27,006 nucleotides of DNA from Candidatus Thorarchaeota archaeon (GCA_048882045.1 JBHLRZ010000039.1:1-27006); one strand, 5' to 3'. Shown: positions 7,687 to 16,807, counted from the first letter of the stretch. Notes: a model not told the origin generated them from the sequence alone. Numbers and translations: made by a program.

Positions 7687-9618
7687 TCATTTCATTTGTA
7701 ATTTGAGAAGAGCTTGTTTTGCAGCTTCTGTTTCGGGCTTGAGGAATAGAGCGTTCTCAGGACATCGGTTTACACAGGCCCGACAATTAACGCATATTTC
7801 AGGTGTTCTTAACTGGACCTTTCTGCTTTCTTCATTCACAGAAGGAATCAACATAGGACAAACATCAACACAAACTCCACAACCATTACATGAATCCAAT
7901 ATTATGGAAATCTCTCCATAGGGTAGTAGAGAATAGGAACTCCCCCATCTTTCTTGTATCTCTGTGTTTCCCTTGTTCCAACCTCGTGCTGCTAATGATG
8001 ACCGAAGTGTAGGTGTCATCCCATCTGCATCATATATGAGGATAGCCATTAGAATAAGTGCAAAAACCAAGACTGGCCAGTAGTTGAGAAAAGCAAGAAA
8101 ATCTTGGAAAGATGGTCCACTTGGATAAGGAAGTTCAAGAATGTCAGTAGTATACCATGAAACCAAAGAGATCAGAATAATGATTACTACCGACCAGATC
8201 ACGGTCTTGCTTGTACCTGATTTAGATGGTATTAGTGGCCAAAACAGAAACAGACCGTAAGTCTGACTCAGCATTGTAAAAAGTATGGGAATAATCCAGA
8301 CATCTTGATTCAGGAAAAGGAGAATCAAAGACAAGGGGGGCATCAATAATAGTAAAATTGGAAAGAATAAAGCAGATGCCATCTCCAATCGGTTGGCAAA
8401 ACCAAATCGAACTTTTCTCTGCTTCTCTGTTTTGTTTCTGACTGATTTTGGGAAGTCAGATAGAAAACTAGGAATGTCCTCCATATGCACAGGGCCCCAG
8501 ATACAGCGCCATCCTGTGATCCGACTTACCTTCTTTGGGTCAATTCCAGATGCTCCCAGTTGTGGTAATATTATTCTACGATGATTGACGTACTTCTCAA
8601 GGCTTGAAATTTTGATTGCTGTAATGACAGATCCTGCATTGAAGTTTTTCCCACAAGACGCACACCAGACGTTAATGCCATCTGTTGGAGCCACAAGGAT
8701 CCAAGAATTGATTTTCGAGGTTTTCAAGAGTCTATAGAGGCGGCGGACTGTTAGATCGAAATTGCAGGTACAGAGTACGGGGCTATCTGGGGTCGGTTCA
8801 CCCACGGGGATAAGACCAATCTGTGTGGAATGCCCAATCATCCTTGCAGCTGTTTCCCAAAAAGTGGAAAGAAATCCCCCGGATGGGGGTTTGATTGGTT
8901 CGGACTTAATTGACGGAATGAGTTCTCTTTCTGTATCAGAGTCCTTTGGTTTTCTTGCAATGATTAGCTGGAAAGAGTCCAACTGATAATTCTCAATCGA
9001 TTCGATTTCGAATCCTGCTTCCTCAATTATGTTATCTAAATCTCGAACAGCCTTTGTTGATGTCTGAGTCGCCAAGTAGGTAATCAGTTTCAGTGGAGCA
9101 GAAATCAGCGAATGTGCAAGTCTTTTCGATAACCGGCTTGGTATCACTTCATCAGCCAGTACTATAATACCTCCAGGTTTTAAAATCTGAAATGCATAGA
9201 ATAGCACATATTGTTGTTCAGAGGGATCAAGTTCAGAAAAGACGAGTGTTGATGTGACTGCATCAAATGAGTCATGAGAAAACTCATCTAGCTCCACTGC
9301 GGCTTTATGCAACAATGTAACTCTAGATCCAATCTCTGTTCCACCTTCCTCCTTTTCGAGAGATTCCATCTTTCCTTGAGCAATTGCCAGCATACCAGAA
9401 GAGTGGTCTAAACCTGTAACTTCTAGACCCCGTTTTGCAAGTAGAAGAGCTTGAGTGCCAGTACCAGCTCCTATCTCAAGTACATTTTCTGCTTCAGCTT
9501 CTATTATGTCAGCAATACGGTTACGAATACCATCTAACTTTAGCCAACCAAGCCATCTTATTCCTTTGTCATAACGTTCCGGAGCTGACTCCAGAGCTTT
9601 CATGTAGACATATGTCAA
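7687..9618 (-). CDS. Fusion: class I SAM methyltransferase (CpaM-like) + HgcA-like corrinoid domain + TM helices + 2x[4Fe-4S] ferredoxin
   Basis: N-terminal LESAPERYD and VLEIGAGTG; middle TCNF, GINVWCASCGK, HRRIILPQLGASG, WGPV; about 4 TM; C-terminal CNGCGVCVDVCP and CVNCRACVNRCP. Confidence 0.9.
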   Translation of the reverse strand: MTYVYMKALESAPERYDKGIRWLGWLKLDGIRNRIADIIEAEAENVLEIGAGTGTQALLLAKRGLEVTGLDHSSGMLAIAQGKMESLEKEEGGTEIGSRVTLLHKAAVELDEFSHDSFDAVTSTLVFSELDPSEQQYVLFYAFQILKPGGIIVLADEVIPSRLSKRLAHSLISAPLKLITYLATQTSTKAVRDLDNIIEEAGFEIESIENYQLDSFQLIIARKPKDSDTERELIPSIKSEPIKPPSGGFLSTFWETAARMIGHSTQIGLIPVGEPTPDSPVLCTCNFDLTVRRLYRLLKTSKINSWILVAPTDGINVWCASCGKNFNAGSVITAIKISSLEKYVNHRRIILPQLGASGIDPKKVSRITGWRCIWGPVHMEDIPSFLSDFPKSVRNKTEKQRKVRFGFANRLEMASALFFPILLLLMPPLSLILLFLNQDVWIIPILFTMLSQTYGLFLFWPLIPSKSGTSKTVIWSVVIIILISLVSWYTTDILELPYPSGPSFQDFLAFLNYWPVLVFALILMAILIYDADGMTPTLRSSLAARGWNKGNTEIQERWGSSYSLLPYGEISIILDSCNGCGVCVDVCPMLIPSVNEESRKVQLRTPEICVNCRACVNRCPENALFLKPETEAAKQALLKLQMK

Positions 9619-9717
9619 TCTTGTTCGCCAGTGAAATGAAACTAGAATTCACTTCATTTGGTAGATATGATGAATCGTGATATATCTTCTCAACACAACA
9701 TTTCAAGTGCAAAATGA

Positions 9718-9813
9718 AAAGGGTGATGTAACTGGTGAGAGCAGGAGAGTTCTATGCTTACCAGACCATAGCAGTTTATACTTCTTGCAAGTTTGAAAAG
9801 TGGAGCTGATATC
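9718..9813 (+). repeat. Dispersed repeat copy (degenerate)
   Basis: AAAGGGTGATGTAACTGGTGAG...GAGAGTTCTATGCTTACCAGACC...CAGTTTATACTTCTT...GGAGCTGATATC; shares its right end with the 7581 copy. Confidence 0.65.
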
Positions 9814-9916
9814 CATCTAGATGTCAAATTCCTCTGGATTTGGGATCAAGCTGGTCTGTATGCTCAGTCAAACCGAGGGAATTGAATAATATAGAGGGGA
9901 CTATATTGGAGTATAG

Positions 9917-10375
9917 GTGTTAGCAATGGACTCAAGAAATCAAAAGGAGTCAATCCTAAAGCTTCGTGATAATCAGCAAGAAGTTGTTTCTTTTAGGGTC
10001 ACAATTATAGAAGATGGAAATTGCCGCGCAGGCCACAAAGTAGGGCAAAAGGTTGAGTTTAGTTGGAACTCTCCAGAGGGGATTTGCACAGAGAGCCTTG
10101 TTGGAATGTATCCCATATTACATTCCATGCGAGTCTTTGGTGACATGAGGGAGTTGGGCAGTCGCGAACGTAATATGAGGGTGTACAATTGTCCATCTAG
10201 AGAAATCAAGTTCAAAATCGAAGCTCAATACAGTTGTAACATTTGCGGAAGTGAGCTGCAAGTTGGCAAAGATGGAGTTCAATCCCATAAGCTTCTGTGC
10301 ACAAAGCCAGAGTTTCCTCTGCGTGTATGTGAAAGTTGTTATTCCAAATATAAAGACACGAAAATAGAATGGTAG
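9917..10375 (+). CDS. TIGR04076-like protein with C-terminal zinc-finger extension
   Basis: GNCRAGHKVGQ, GIC..L..YP and CP motifs; then CNIC...CESC; start may be ATG 9926. Confidence 0.7.
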   Translation: MLAMDSRNQKESILKLRDNQQEVVSFRVTIIEDGNCRAGHKVGQKVEFSWNSPEGICTESLVGMYPILHSMRVFGDMRELGSRERNMRVYNCPSREIKFKIEAQYSCNICGSELQVGKDGVQSHKLLCTKPEFPLRVCESCYSKYKDTKIEW

Positions 10376-10405
10376 TGTCACAACTAACATGATTATTCTG
10401 AAGAT

Positions 10406-10510
10406 AAAGGGTGTTCAACAGTGAGCAGCTAGGGGAAGGTCCCATTGGCCAACCCCGCCCTTAGGCTGCACCTCTCTCTGTCCGAGGGCAGAGCAAGCTG
10501 TTTCACAATT
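10406..10510 (+). repeat. Dispersed repeat, full-length copy
   Basis: 90/105 identical to 26178-26281 by manual alignment. Confidence 0.95.
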
Positions 10511-10609
10511 TGAGATTGTGATGAGATACACAGTTACATGTATTTAGGCGGTCCTTCATTCTACGAGCTATTAAGTAGATGCTATCAAGAAACCTTAGCA
10601 TTTTGCGGT

Positions 10610-11395
10610 CTAAGGATTAAAAATCCGAGACTGCGCTTTCAGATGATCAAATAGCTTTCTTAACCATTCAATGGCTTCAGGGTCTTTGGTGTATAAGCAC
10701 TGATTATAGTCGATTTCAAAATCAAGTTTGGGTAGGAATAGAAAGCCCGAAGATTCTCCAACACCAAGACCCAAATCACATTCTTCAATTTCGTATAACC
10801 AAGTTTTATTCTCATCAAACCTACTCATGAATAGATCCTCTTCTTCTCGGTTTTGAATCTGATTTATCAGCTGACGAGTCAGAACGATTTCAACCCGGGT
10901 ATTCTTGTGATTTAACATTCCTAATCCATAAACGGTTTTTCCGATTTGATAGTCTAAATTCCCACCAGCTTGTATAAGCTCCTGTGTATCATTGAAATCA
11001 TTCATAATTTGATTGATAGTTGAGATTAGGTCAGTTATCACTTCAAAGGCTAGCGAACCAAATCTAATTCGTATGTCATGATTTTCGATTGGGAAGATGT
11101 GTGAAAAGAGATAGGATCTAGAGCCAATCTTCTGAAGGTTGTTGAATTTATCCCAAACAAGAATAGAGTTCGCCGTTGATAGGTAAAGATTATCATAATG
11201 AGAGATTAATCTGCTTCCTACTAGTTTAGCCAAATGCTTCTCTAACGTTGAGGGATAAATACTCAAAGCTCTTGCTATTTCACCAAAGCGCAAGCCTCGA
11301 GGATTCTCAAGAAGTAGTTCTACCACCTGGCGTCTTGTCTTTGACTTGAAAGCGCCAATAATATCCTCAAGAAGTTCATCATCCATTTGACTCAT
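10610..11395 (-). CDS. Archaeal wHTH transcriptional regulator with C-terminal effector domain (FilR1/DUF1724-like)
   Basis: AFKSKTRRQVVELL...GLRFGEIARAL...LEKHLAKL; C-terminal LFLP...DYNQCLY..DPEAIEW. Confidence 0.8.
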   Translation of the reverse strand: MSQMDDELLEDIIGAFKSKTRRQVVELLLENPRGLRFGEIARALSIYPSTLEKHLAKLVGSRLISHYDNLYLSTANSILVWDKFNNLQKIGSRSYLFSHIFPIENHDIRIRFGSLAFEVITDLISTINQIMNDFNDTQELIQAGGNLDYQIGKTVYGLGMLNHKNTRVEIVLTRQLINQIQNREEEDLFMSRFDENKTWLYEIEECDLGLGVGESSGFLFLPKLDFEIDYNQCLYTKDPEAIEWLRKLFDHLKAQSRIFNP

Positions 11396-11436
11396 CTCCT
11401 CTTTTGGCTATTAACAGCAGAGGTATACGCCTTTTG

Positions 11437-11449
11437 TCGTATAATACGA
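11437..11449. promoter_or_regulatory. Palindrome in divergent promoter (putative operator)
   Basis: TCGTAT-A-ATACGA between the regulator and the transglutaminase gene. Confidence 0.35.
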
Positions 11450-11507
11450 GATTCTGTCCGCGCTATCTTATATGAATTGAGGACCAAGTAAGAACGGGAC
11501 TATATCA

Positions 11508-12221
11508 ATGATAAAGTATGATCAAGGAATAAGTGATACAAGTCAATATTTGAAACCAACAGAATTGTGTGACTGGGACAATCCAGATATTTTGAGGAAA
11601 GCGAAAGAGCTCACAGGAAAATCAGAGAGCCAACAAGAAACAGCTTTGAGTATCTTCTACTATGTTAGAGATGACATCGCTTTCAGTATCAATGACTCCA
11701 AAACGAAGGCCTCACAAACTTTGAGGGCTGGCTTTGGTGATTGTGGATCAAAAACGAATCTTCATGTTGCCATTCTTCGTGCCTCAGGGATTCCCGCAAG
11801 GTATCATATTTCGAAATGCAGGAGCGACCCATTGAAAGGAATTATTCCTGAATGGTTGTTCAATAGAATGCCAAAAGTGGCTTCACATTTTTGGCCAGAA
11901 GTATATCTCTCTGAGAAGTGGATTGCCTGTGAAGGGATGCTTGACAGAGATTTGTACAGTGGACTGCTTGGAAGGAATCAACTAGACAAGAACCAGATTC
12001 CAACTATTGACTGGGACGGAGTAAATGACTCCATTATTCTGAAACCATGGCTTGTTGAGGATTGTGGCACAACGCCATTTTATGAGGACATCTATAGGAT
12101 GATAGATGTGACAAGGAAAGAGGAAGGAATGCCACCTCGAATTGTTGAACGTCTATTCGGTTGGATTATCTACTCATTCTTTAAACGTCATACTGACAAA
12201 ATCAGAAAAACAGTGATATGA
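11508..12221 (+). CDS. Transglutaminase-like cysteine protease domain protein
   Basis: YYVRDDI, GDCGSKTNLHVAILRASGIPARY and HFWPEVY motifs. Confidence 0.85.
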   Translation: MIKYDQGISDTSQYLKPTELCDWDNPDILRKAKELTGKSESQQETALSIFYYVRDDIAFSINDSKTKASQTLRAGFGDCGSKTNLHVAILRASGIPARYHISKCRSDPLKGIIPEWLFNRMPKVASHFWPEVYLSEKWIACEGMLDRDLYSGLLGRNQLDKNQIPTIDWDGVNDSIILKPWLVEDCGTTPFYEDIYRMIDVTRKEEGMPPRIVERLFGWIIYSFFKRHTDKIRKTVI

Positions 12222-12310
12222 GGAGGGTGGCATCTTTCAAAAAAGAAGTAAAAGAATATTCATGTATCATCGATATGTTTCTTGAGTATCAGAATTGTTA
12301 ATGCTACTAG

Positions 12311-13429
12311 TCACAAAAGTCCTGCAATCAGTGAAGTAATGGAGCGGACCTCAATTCTTGATCCCATTGAATTGGCTCCATCTTGAAGATTTCGCAGACA
12401 GAATGGACAGGATGTGACAAGGAGTGATGCATCCGTAGCTTCAGCTTCTCTGACTCTGTTTGCAGCGATGGCTACTGCATCCTCACTTTTGCCAGATCGG
12501 AATCCACCGCCTGCACCACAGCATTTTGCAAACTTTCGGTTCCATTCCATCTCAACCAATTCCAATCCAGGAATTGAGTCCAGTATCTCTCTTGGTTCGT
12601 CATAGACTCCAGAATGTCTTCCCAAGTGACATGGATCATGATAGGTCACCTTCTTGTTCAATGAATTGAGGTTAACTTTGTCATTTTGGATGAGTTCACT
12701 AAGAAGTTCCATGAAGTGGACCACCTTGTAAGTTGGTGATTCGTCCAATAGATTCTGGTAATCGTGGGTCAGCATTCTATAGCAACCTGCACAAGAAACT
12801 AAGACGTTACCAGATTCCATCATATCAATGATTGACTCAGCCTGAAATCGAGCTTGAGATTCATCACCCACTCGATAGGCTGGAGAACCACAACAAACAG
12901 GATCAGTGAGGGTTCTGAAGCTCACACCTGCTGCTCGTAATATTTTCAGTAAGGATTCATTTTCTTTTGGCTCTCGATAGATTTGAGTACATCCTAGAAA
13001 TAGTGTATAATCAGCTGAGCTATAATCTGATTCTGGAATAGATTGTAGATATTGAAACCCATCTTTTGTTTCAGCTGAGTAAGGATTACCACTTTCTCTA
13101 GTCTTTTTACTCACCTTCTGATACCCGTCAGGTATGGCTACATCATGGTCGTAGAGGACTGTCTTCATCTCTTGGATTGCTTCACTCTGACTGTATCCAC
13201 ATGCAACATCACACAGCCCACAGCTAGTGCAGGCGAATACCCTCTCAGCAACAGTTTCATCTAGCTCCAGATTTCCTTTCAACAGATGATACAGGATGGT
13301 CATCTTTCCTTTCGCTGCATAACTGTCAAGTTTAAGTTGACTATATGCTGGACAATTTTCACGACAGAATCCACATCTTACATGCATACAAGCACGAGCC
13401 CAGTCCGCGTATTTCTCGAGTCTGTCCAT
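12311..13429 (-). CDS. (Fe-S)-binding protein, GlcF/HdrD-like with CCG domains
   Basis: CxxxxCGFCxxxCP, CTSCGLCDVAC, CCGSP, YHDPCHLGR, CCGAGGG and CPFC. Confidence 0.9.
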   Translation of the reverse strand: MDRLEKYADWARACMHVRCGFCRENCPAYSQLKLDSYAAKGKMTILYHLLKGNLELDETVAERVFACTSCGLCDVACGYSQSEAIQEMKTVLYDHDVAIPDGYQKVSKKTRESGNPYSAETKDGFQYLQSIPESDYSSADYTLFLGCTQIYREPKENESLLKILRAAGVSFRTLTDPVCCGSPAYRVGDESQARFQAESIIDMMESGNVLVSCAGCYRMLTHDYQNLLDESPTYKVVHFMELLSELIQNDKVNLNSLNKKVTYHDPCHLGRHSGVYDEPREILDSIPGLELVEMEWNRKFAKCCGAGGGFRSGKSEDAVAIAANRVREAEATDASLLVTSCPFCLRNLQDGANSMGSRIEVRSITSLIAGLL

Positions 13430-14856
13430 TATGTATCAAATCCCCTGTTTCCTCGGTTCAGAATATTATTCGGATCCAAGATTGATTTCAAATCTGATAG
13501 AAGATCCCATGCAGGACCGAGCTGTTCTTGAACCCAAGGAGATGACCGGAGTCCCATTCCATTGGCGTTTGAGAGACTTCCACCCAACTCAAGAGCTCGA
13601 CGATACATTCGTTCTTTGAAAAGGAACCACTTATCGACCTCTTCTCTGATCCTCGTGTCGATTGGTACGCTGAAGTAGATGCAGAACGGAATGGGTCCTC
13701 TCGGGCCACCAACAACAAAAGCTCCAAAATCAATGTCCACCCATCCAAATTCTTTCTTCAGACCATCACAGAAGTCACTGTACTCCTGAAACTTGCTGAG
13801 GGGGACACAGGCATCAACTAGATCTGGTTCGTATTCTGTGTGCGATAGGGCGAAGTTACTTTGGTCAAAAGTGTCCTTGCCAATGTTGATTGATTTCCAC
13901 CAAGAATCAGTCAAGTCCTCGGGAAGTCTACTACCACCCTGTTCCTCCGAACACTTTGCAAGGACCTTGAGTGTTGTTTCAACCATCTCCGAATTCCCTG
14001 AAGCACCAAAGAGAACCGCCATTGATACTTCATCAGGAATGGGAGTCTTTGCTCGTTCCATGTATTGGACTAGAGACCTTCTGTCGAACAAGAAGACGGT
14101 TTCAGGCCAACATCCAGCAGCATGTGCACTCTTACATGCGTCGATTGCTGAGGTGATGTCTGAAAATCCGTAACTTATCCTGTCGCGTAATGGAGGTTTG
14201 GGGTATACCTTGAGCGTTGTTTCAGTGATGATTCCGAACGTTCCTTCAGCACCAAGAAAGAGGTTTAGAAGATTATGTGTAGGTAAAGAAAGATAGCTCT
14301 TGCCGCCAATTCTGATTTTCTTTCCACTACTCAAAACGACCTCTAGGGCAAGAACCTGATCATACACATATCCGTATTTTGCTCCGTAGATACTGATACC
14401 CATACAACTCAAGGCACCACCTATTGTAGAAGAGAGACTGCTCTCAGGATGATGGGCAAAGAACACTCCGTTGTCGAGTGCTGCGTTGTAGATGTTCTCG
14501 ATAGTTGTACCAGCTTGTGCTGTAATCGTCAAATTCTCGGTGTCAACCTCCATAACCTGATTCAATCCTTTCATGTCGAGAACAATACCACGCTCCACAG
14601 CCAATGGATTTCCTGACATACTTGTTCCGCCACCCCAGGTGTATATTGGAACGTTCAACTCATTGGCAATCTTGACAATTTTTACAATCTCATCGCTCGT
14701 TCTTGGTTTAACGACAATATCAGGAGTATAATCATCTGCAATTCCCTCTACCGAGTAATCTTTCGAATAGACAAGACGATCACAGAGCTCACTGCTAACA
14801 TACTTTTCACCTACGACTTCTGTAAGCAGTTTTTCAAGTTTCGAAGAGCCAGACAT
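13429..14856 (-). CDS. FAD-binding oxidoreductase, GlcD/D-lactate dehydrogenase-like
   Basis: PDIVVKP, GGGTSMSG, STIGG, GAEGTFGIIT and LDPNNILN; TAATG coupling to the Fe-S gene; ATG 14856 preferred. Confidence 0.9.
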   Translation of the reverse strand: MSGSSKLEKLLTEVVGEKYVSSELCDRLVYSKDYSVEGIADDYTPDIVVKPRTSDEIVKIVKIANELNVPIYTWGGGTSMSGNPLAVERGIVLDMKGLNQVMEVDTENLTITAQAGTTIENIYNAALDNGVFFAHHPESSLSSTIGGALSCMGISIYGAKYGYVYDQVLALEVVLSSGKKIRIGGKSYLSLPTHNLLNLFLGAEGTFGIITETTLKVYPKPPLRDRISYGFSDITSAIDACKSAHAAGCWPETVFLFDRRSLVQYMERAKTPIPDEVSMAVLFGASGNSEMVETTLKVLAKCSEEQGGSRLPEDLTDSWWKSINIGKDTFDQSNFALSHTEYEPDLVDACVPLSKFQEYSDFCDGLKKEFGWVDIDFGAFVVGGPRGPIPFCIYFSVPIDTRIREEVDKWFLFKERMYRRALELGGSLSNANGMGLRSSPWVQEQLGPAWDLLSDLKSILDPNNILNRGNRGFDT

Positions 14857-14966
14857 GGATATCAGTCCAATATATGATAACAGAATAGCAGGAGACACAT
14901 GTAATATCTCTACTGACTTGAACCAAAAGGAAGAGCTTATCAATGCTGTTCACTATAGTTAATATC

Positions 14967-15512
14967 ATGAGGTCCAAATGTAGAACTAACGATTTCATAG
15001 CTCTTTCAGGTCCCCATCTAACCTATCTTGTTACAGCGAATGATCCACGAAACAATAACAAAGCTGCAATCACAGTTTCATGGGCGACACCCATCTCAGT
15101 CAATCCCCCACTATTTGGAATAGTGATTTCACCAAACAAGGCGAGTAACAGTGTTATTCAAGAAGCAAGTATGTTCACTGTCAATATTCTGCCAATCACT
15201 GCAGTAGATGAACTATTGTGGGCTGGGTCTCATTCGGGTCGTCAATATGAGAATAAGATTAAGGCGGCGGGCCTGACAGCAGTGCCAGGAAGAACTGACA
15301 AAAACGCAACTTCAGTTGCAGAAGCCATAGCATCCTTTGAATGCAAGTTGAGAAATGTGGTTCCGATTGGAAATCATACCCTCTTCATAGGTGAGGTCGT
15401 ATACGTCGATGCTGATGAAAACTATTTCGACTTCGAGAAGGGAATATGGATTCCAGAAACGGTACAAACACTATTTTATCATGCAAGGAATGTATTTCGG
15501 ACGAATCGCTAG
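14967..15512 (+). CDS. Flavin reductase-like FMN-binding protein
   Basis: SWATPISVNPP, FTVNI, GSHSGR, FECK and GNHTLFIGEV; start 14943 or 14967. Confidence 0.9.
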   Translation: MRSKCRTNDFIALSGPHLTYLVTANDPRNNNKAAITVSWATPISVNPPLFGIVISPNKASNSVIQEASMFTVNILPITAVDELLWAGSHSGRQYENKIKAAGLTAVPGRTDKNATSVAEAIASFECKLRNVVPIGNHTLFIGEVVYVDADENYFDFEKGIWIPETVQTLFYHARNVFRTNR

Positions 15513-15718
15513 AGTCTGATTGCACATAACAAGGTCACTTGGGTGAACCTCAAACTAGTGTAACTTCTTTGGAAAAAAAGAGTTCCAGTTTCCCCTAGCG
15601 AATCTGTGATCACGCGAACGTTATTCCCTCATCCAATGTTTCATACTTGGTGTAGATTCTCACATCGAGCTGTACGAATTCATCCTCACCTATTTGAAAG
15701 AAGATTGATGAAAGAGAG

Positions 15719-15739
15719 GAAAGGGTGCTTAGCAATGGG
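15719..15739 (+). repeat. Truncated left end of the dispersed repeat
   Basis: GAAAGGGTGCTTAGCAATGGG vs GAAAGGGTGCTCAACAGTGGG (26177-26197): 18/21. Confidence 0.65.
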
Positions 15740-15743
15740 AATC

Positions 15744-16211
15744 CTACTCCATACTGGCAAGTACCCAACTAGCCACACTTTGTGCTACTTGATTCCTTTC
15801 AGATTCAGGAACAGCATCAATATCGAATACATTCGTATACTTTTTATAATGAGACAACGCATCGAATTGAACCAACTTTTCTTCAGGAATCAGATTTTCC
15901 AAAATCCGTCCCCAACATCGCATGAAACATCCGTCGATAAGTATGACTTTGTCTGCTGCTGCAACCCAATTATCAAATCCCGAACCCGGGACAGTGAGTA
16001 CTTCGCCATGACATGCATGTCGAAACTGGTCTTTTTTCGAAACTATGTTTGCGGCTAATCGAGCGATTTCCCCTCGGATACATGCTCCTGCACAGGCGAG
16101 AATGGGTGTTTTCTTCTCCGACATATTTTGAGCACCAGTTTTCTCTCCAATAGGACACCGCCTACTAGTTCCTGTTACTTCTAGAGTAAAATCCGTATTC
16201 GGTTCTCTCAT
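15744..16211 (-). CDS. DGC-domain putative zinc-binding protein
   Basis: LACAGACIRGEIARLAA, ACHGE and LIDGCFMRC; start between 16211 and 16223. Confidence 0.85.
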   Translation of the reverse strand: MREPNTDFTLEVTGTSRRCPIGEKTGAQNMSEKKTPILACAGACIRGEIARLAANIVSKKDQFRHACHGEVLTVPGSGFDNWVAAADKVILIDGCFMRCWGRILENLIPEEKLVQFDALSHYKKYTNVFDIDAVPESERNQVAQSVASWVLASME

Positions 16212-16357
16212 AAGCATACTCACATTTTGTATGTCTTCAAATTGTGCTAATATGTAGCTATGTCGAATTTGCTATACTACAGCACCTTCCATAGACCAGA
16301 ATCACAAATCAGATCCTAATGCATCGAAGCTAATCTCCATATAATGAACGAAAATGT

Positions 16358-16416
16358 AAGGGAGCTCAACCTAGAGAGGGAGGGGAATGTTTCCTGTTTA
16401 CCAAACTTGGTAACTT
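16358..16416 (+). repeat. Dispersed repeat copy (core)
   Basis: AAGGGAGCTCAAC...GGGGAATGTTTCCTGTTTACCAAACTTGGTAACTT. Confidence 0.65.
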
Positions 16417-16435
16417 GGCAAATGTTTGTGGATTA

Positions 16436-16807
16436 TCACTCCTCAAGTTGAATGACGAGAGTGAGAACATCCTGATCTCCAAGTACTCGGGACTTGTGTC
16501 CTTTCCCTGTTGTATCCTCCACTAGAGTGACACTACCTGGACCAAATGTACGTACTTCTCCATCGCTAACTTGTGCTTCCATCTTCCCTAGAATATAAAC
16601 GAATATTTGACGCTTGGGTGTGGGATGCCAATCTCCAAACCATCCACAAGGCGCTTTCACGAATCCGTATTTCTTTGATTCTTTGAATTCTGAGAGGTTC
16701 AATGGTGGTGCAGGTGGTGCAAAGCTACTTGGTGACAGTTCAACCTCCACATCTTCAAAATGAGTTTCACCGTTATCATCAGTGTACACGCGCGTATATC
16801 CAATCAT
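16436..16807 (-). CDS. Cupin-domain protein
   Basis: YTDDNGETHF, DWHPTPKRQ and EDTTGKGHKS. Confidence 0.85.
   Translation of the reverse strand: MIGYTRVYTDDNGETHFEDVEVELSPSSFAPPAPPLNLSEFKESKKYGFVKAPCGWFGDWHPTPKRQIFVYILGKMEAQVSDGEVRTFGPGSVTLVEDTTGKGHKSRVLGDQDVLTLVIQLEE

Noticed and set aside
7687-9618. Calling this a bona fide mercury methylase hgcAB
   Set aside because: Variant cap-helix motif, fused architecture and no HgcB terminal cysteines
10430-10475. HDV-like ribozyme (GGCCAAUGGGAC) or lysine riboswitch (AGAGGUGC) on the minus strand
   Set aside because: Only short motif matches; required pairing partners are absent and the motifs are not conserved in other copies
10406-10510. Canonical integron attC site
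   Set aside because: An R''-like box is present, but there is no proper GTTRRRY partner, L-box pairing is poor, conservation extends about 45 nt past the expected end and genes lie in both orientations; kept only as an analogy
15606-16058. 150-aa + strand ORF and the other short antisense ORFs in the track
   Set aside because: They overlap well-supported genes on the opposite strand or frame and lack recognisable motifs
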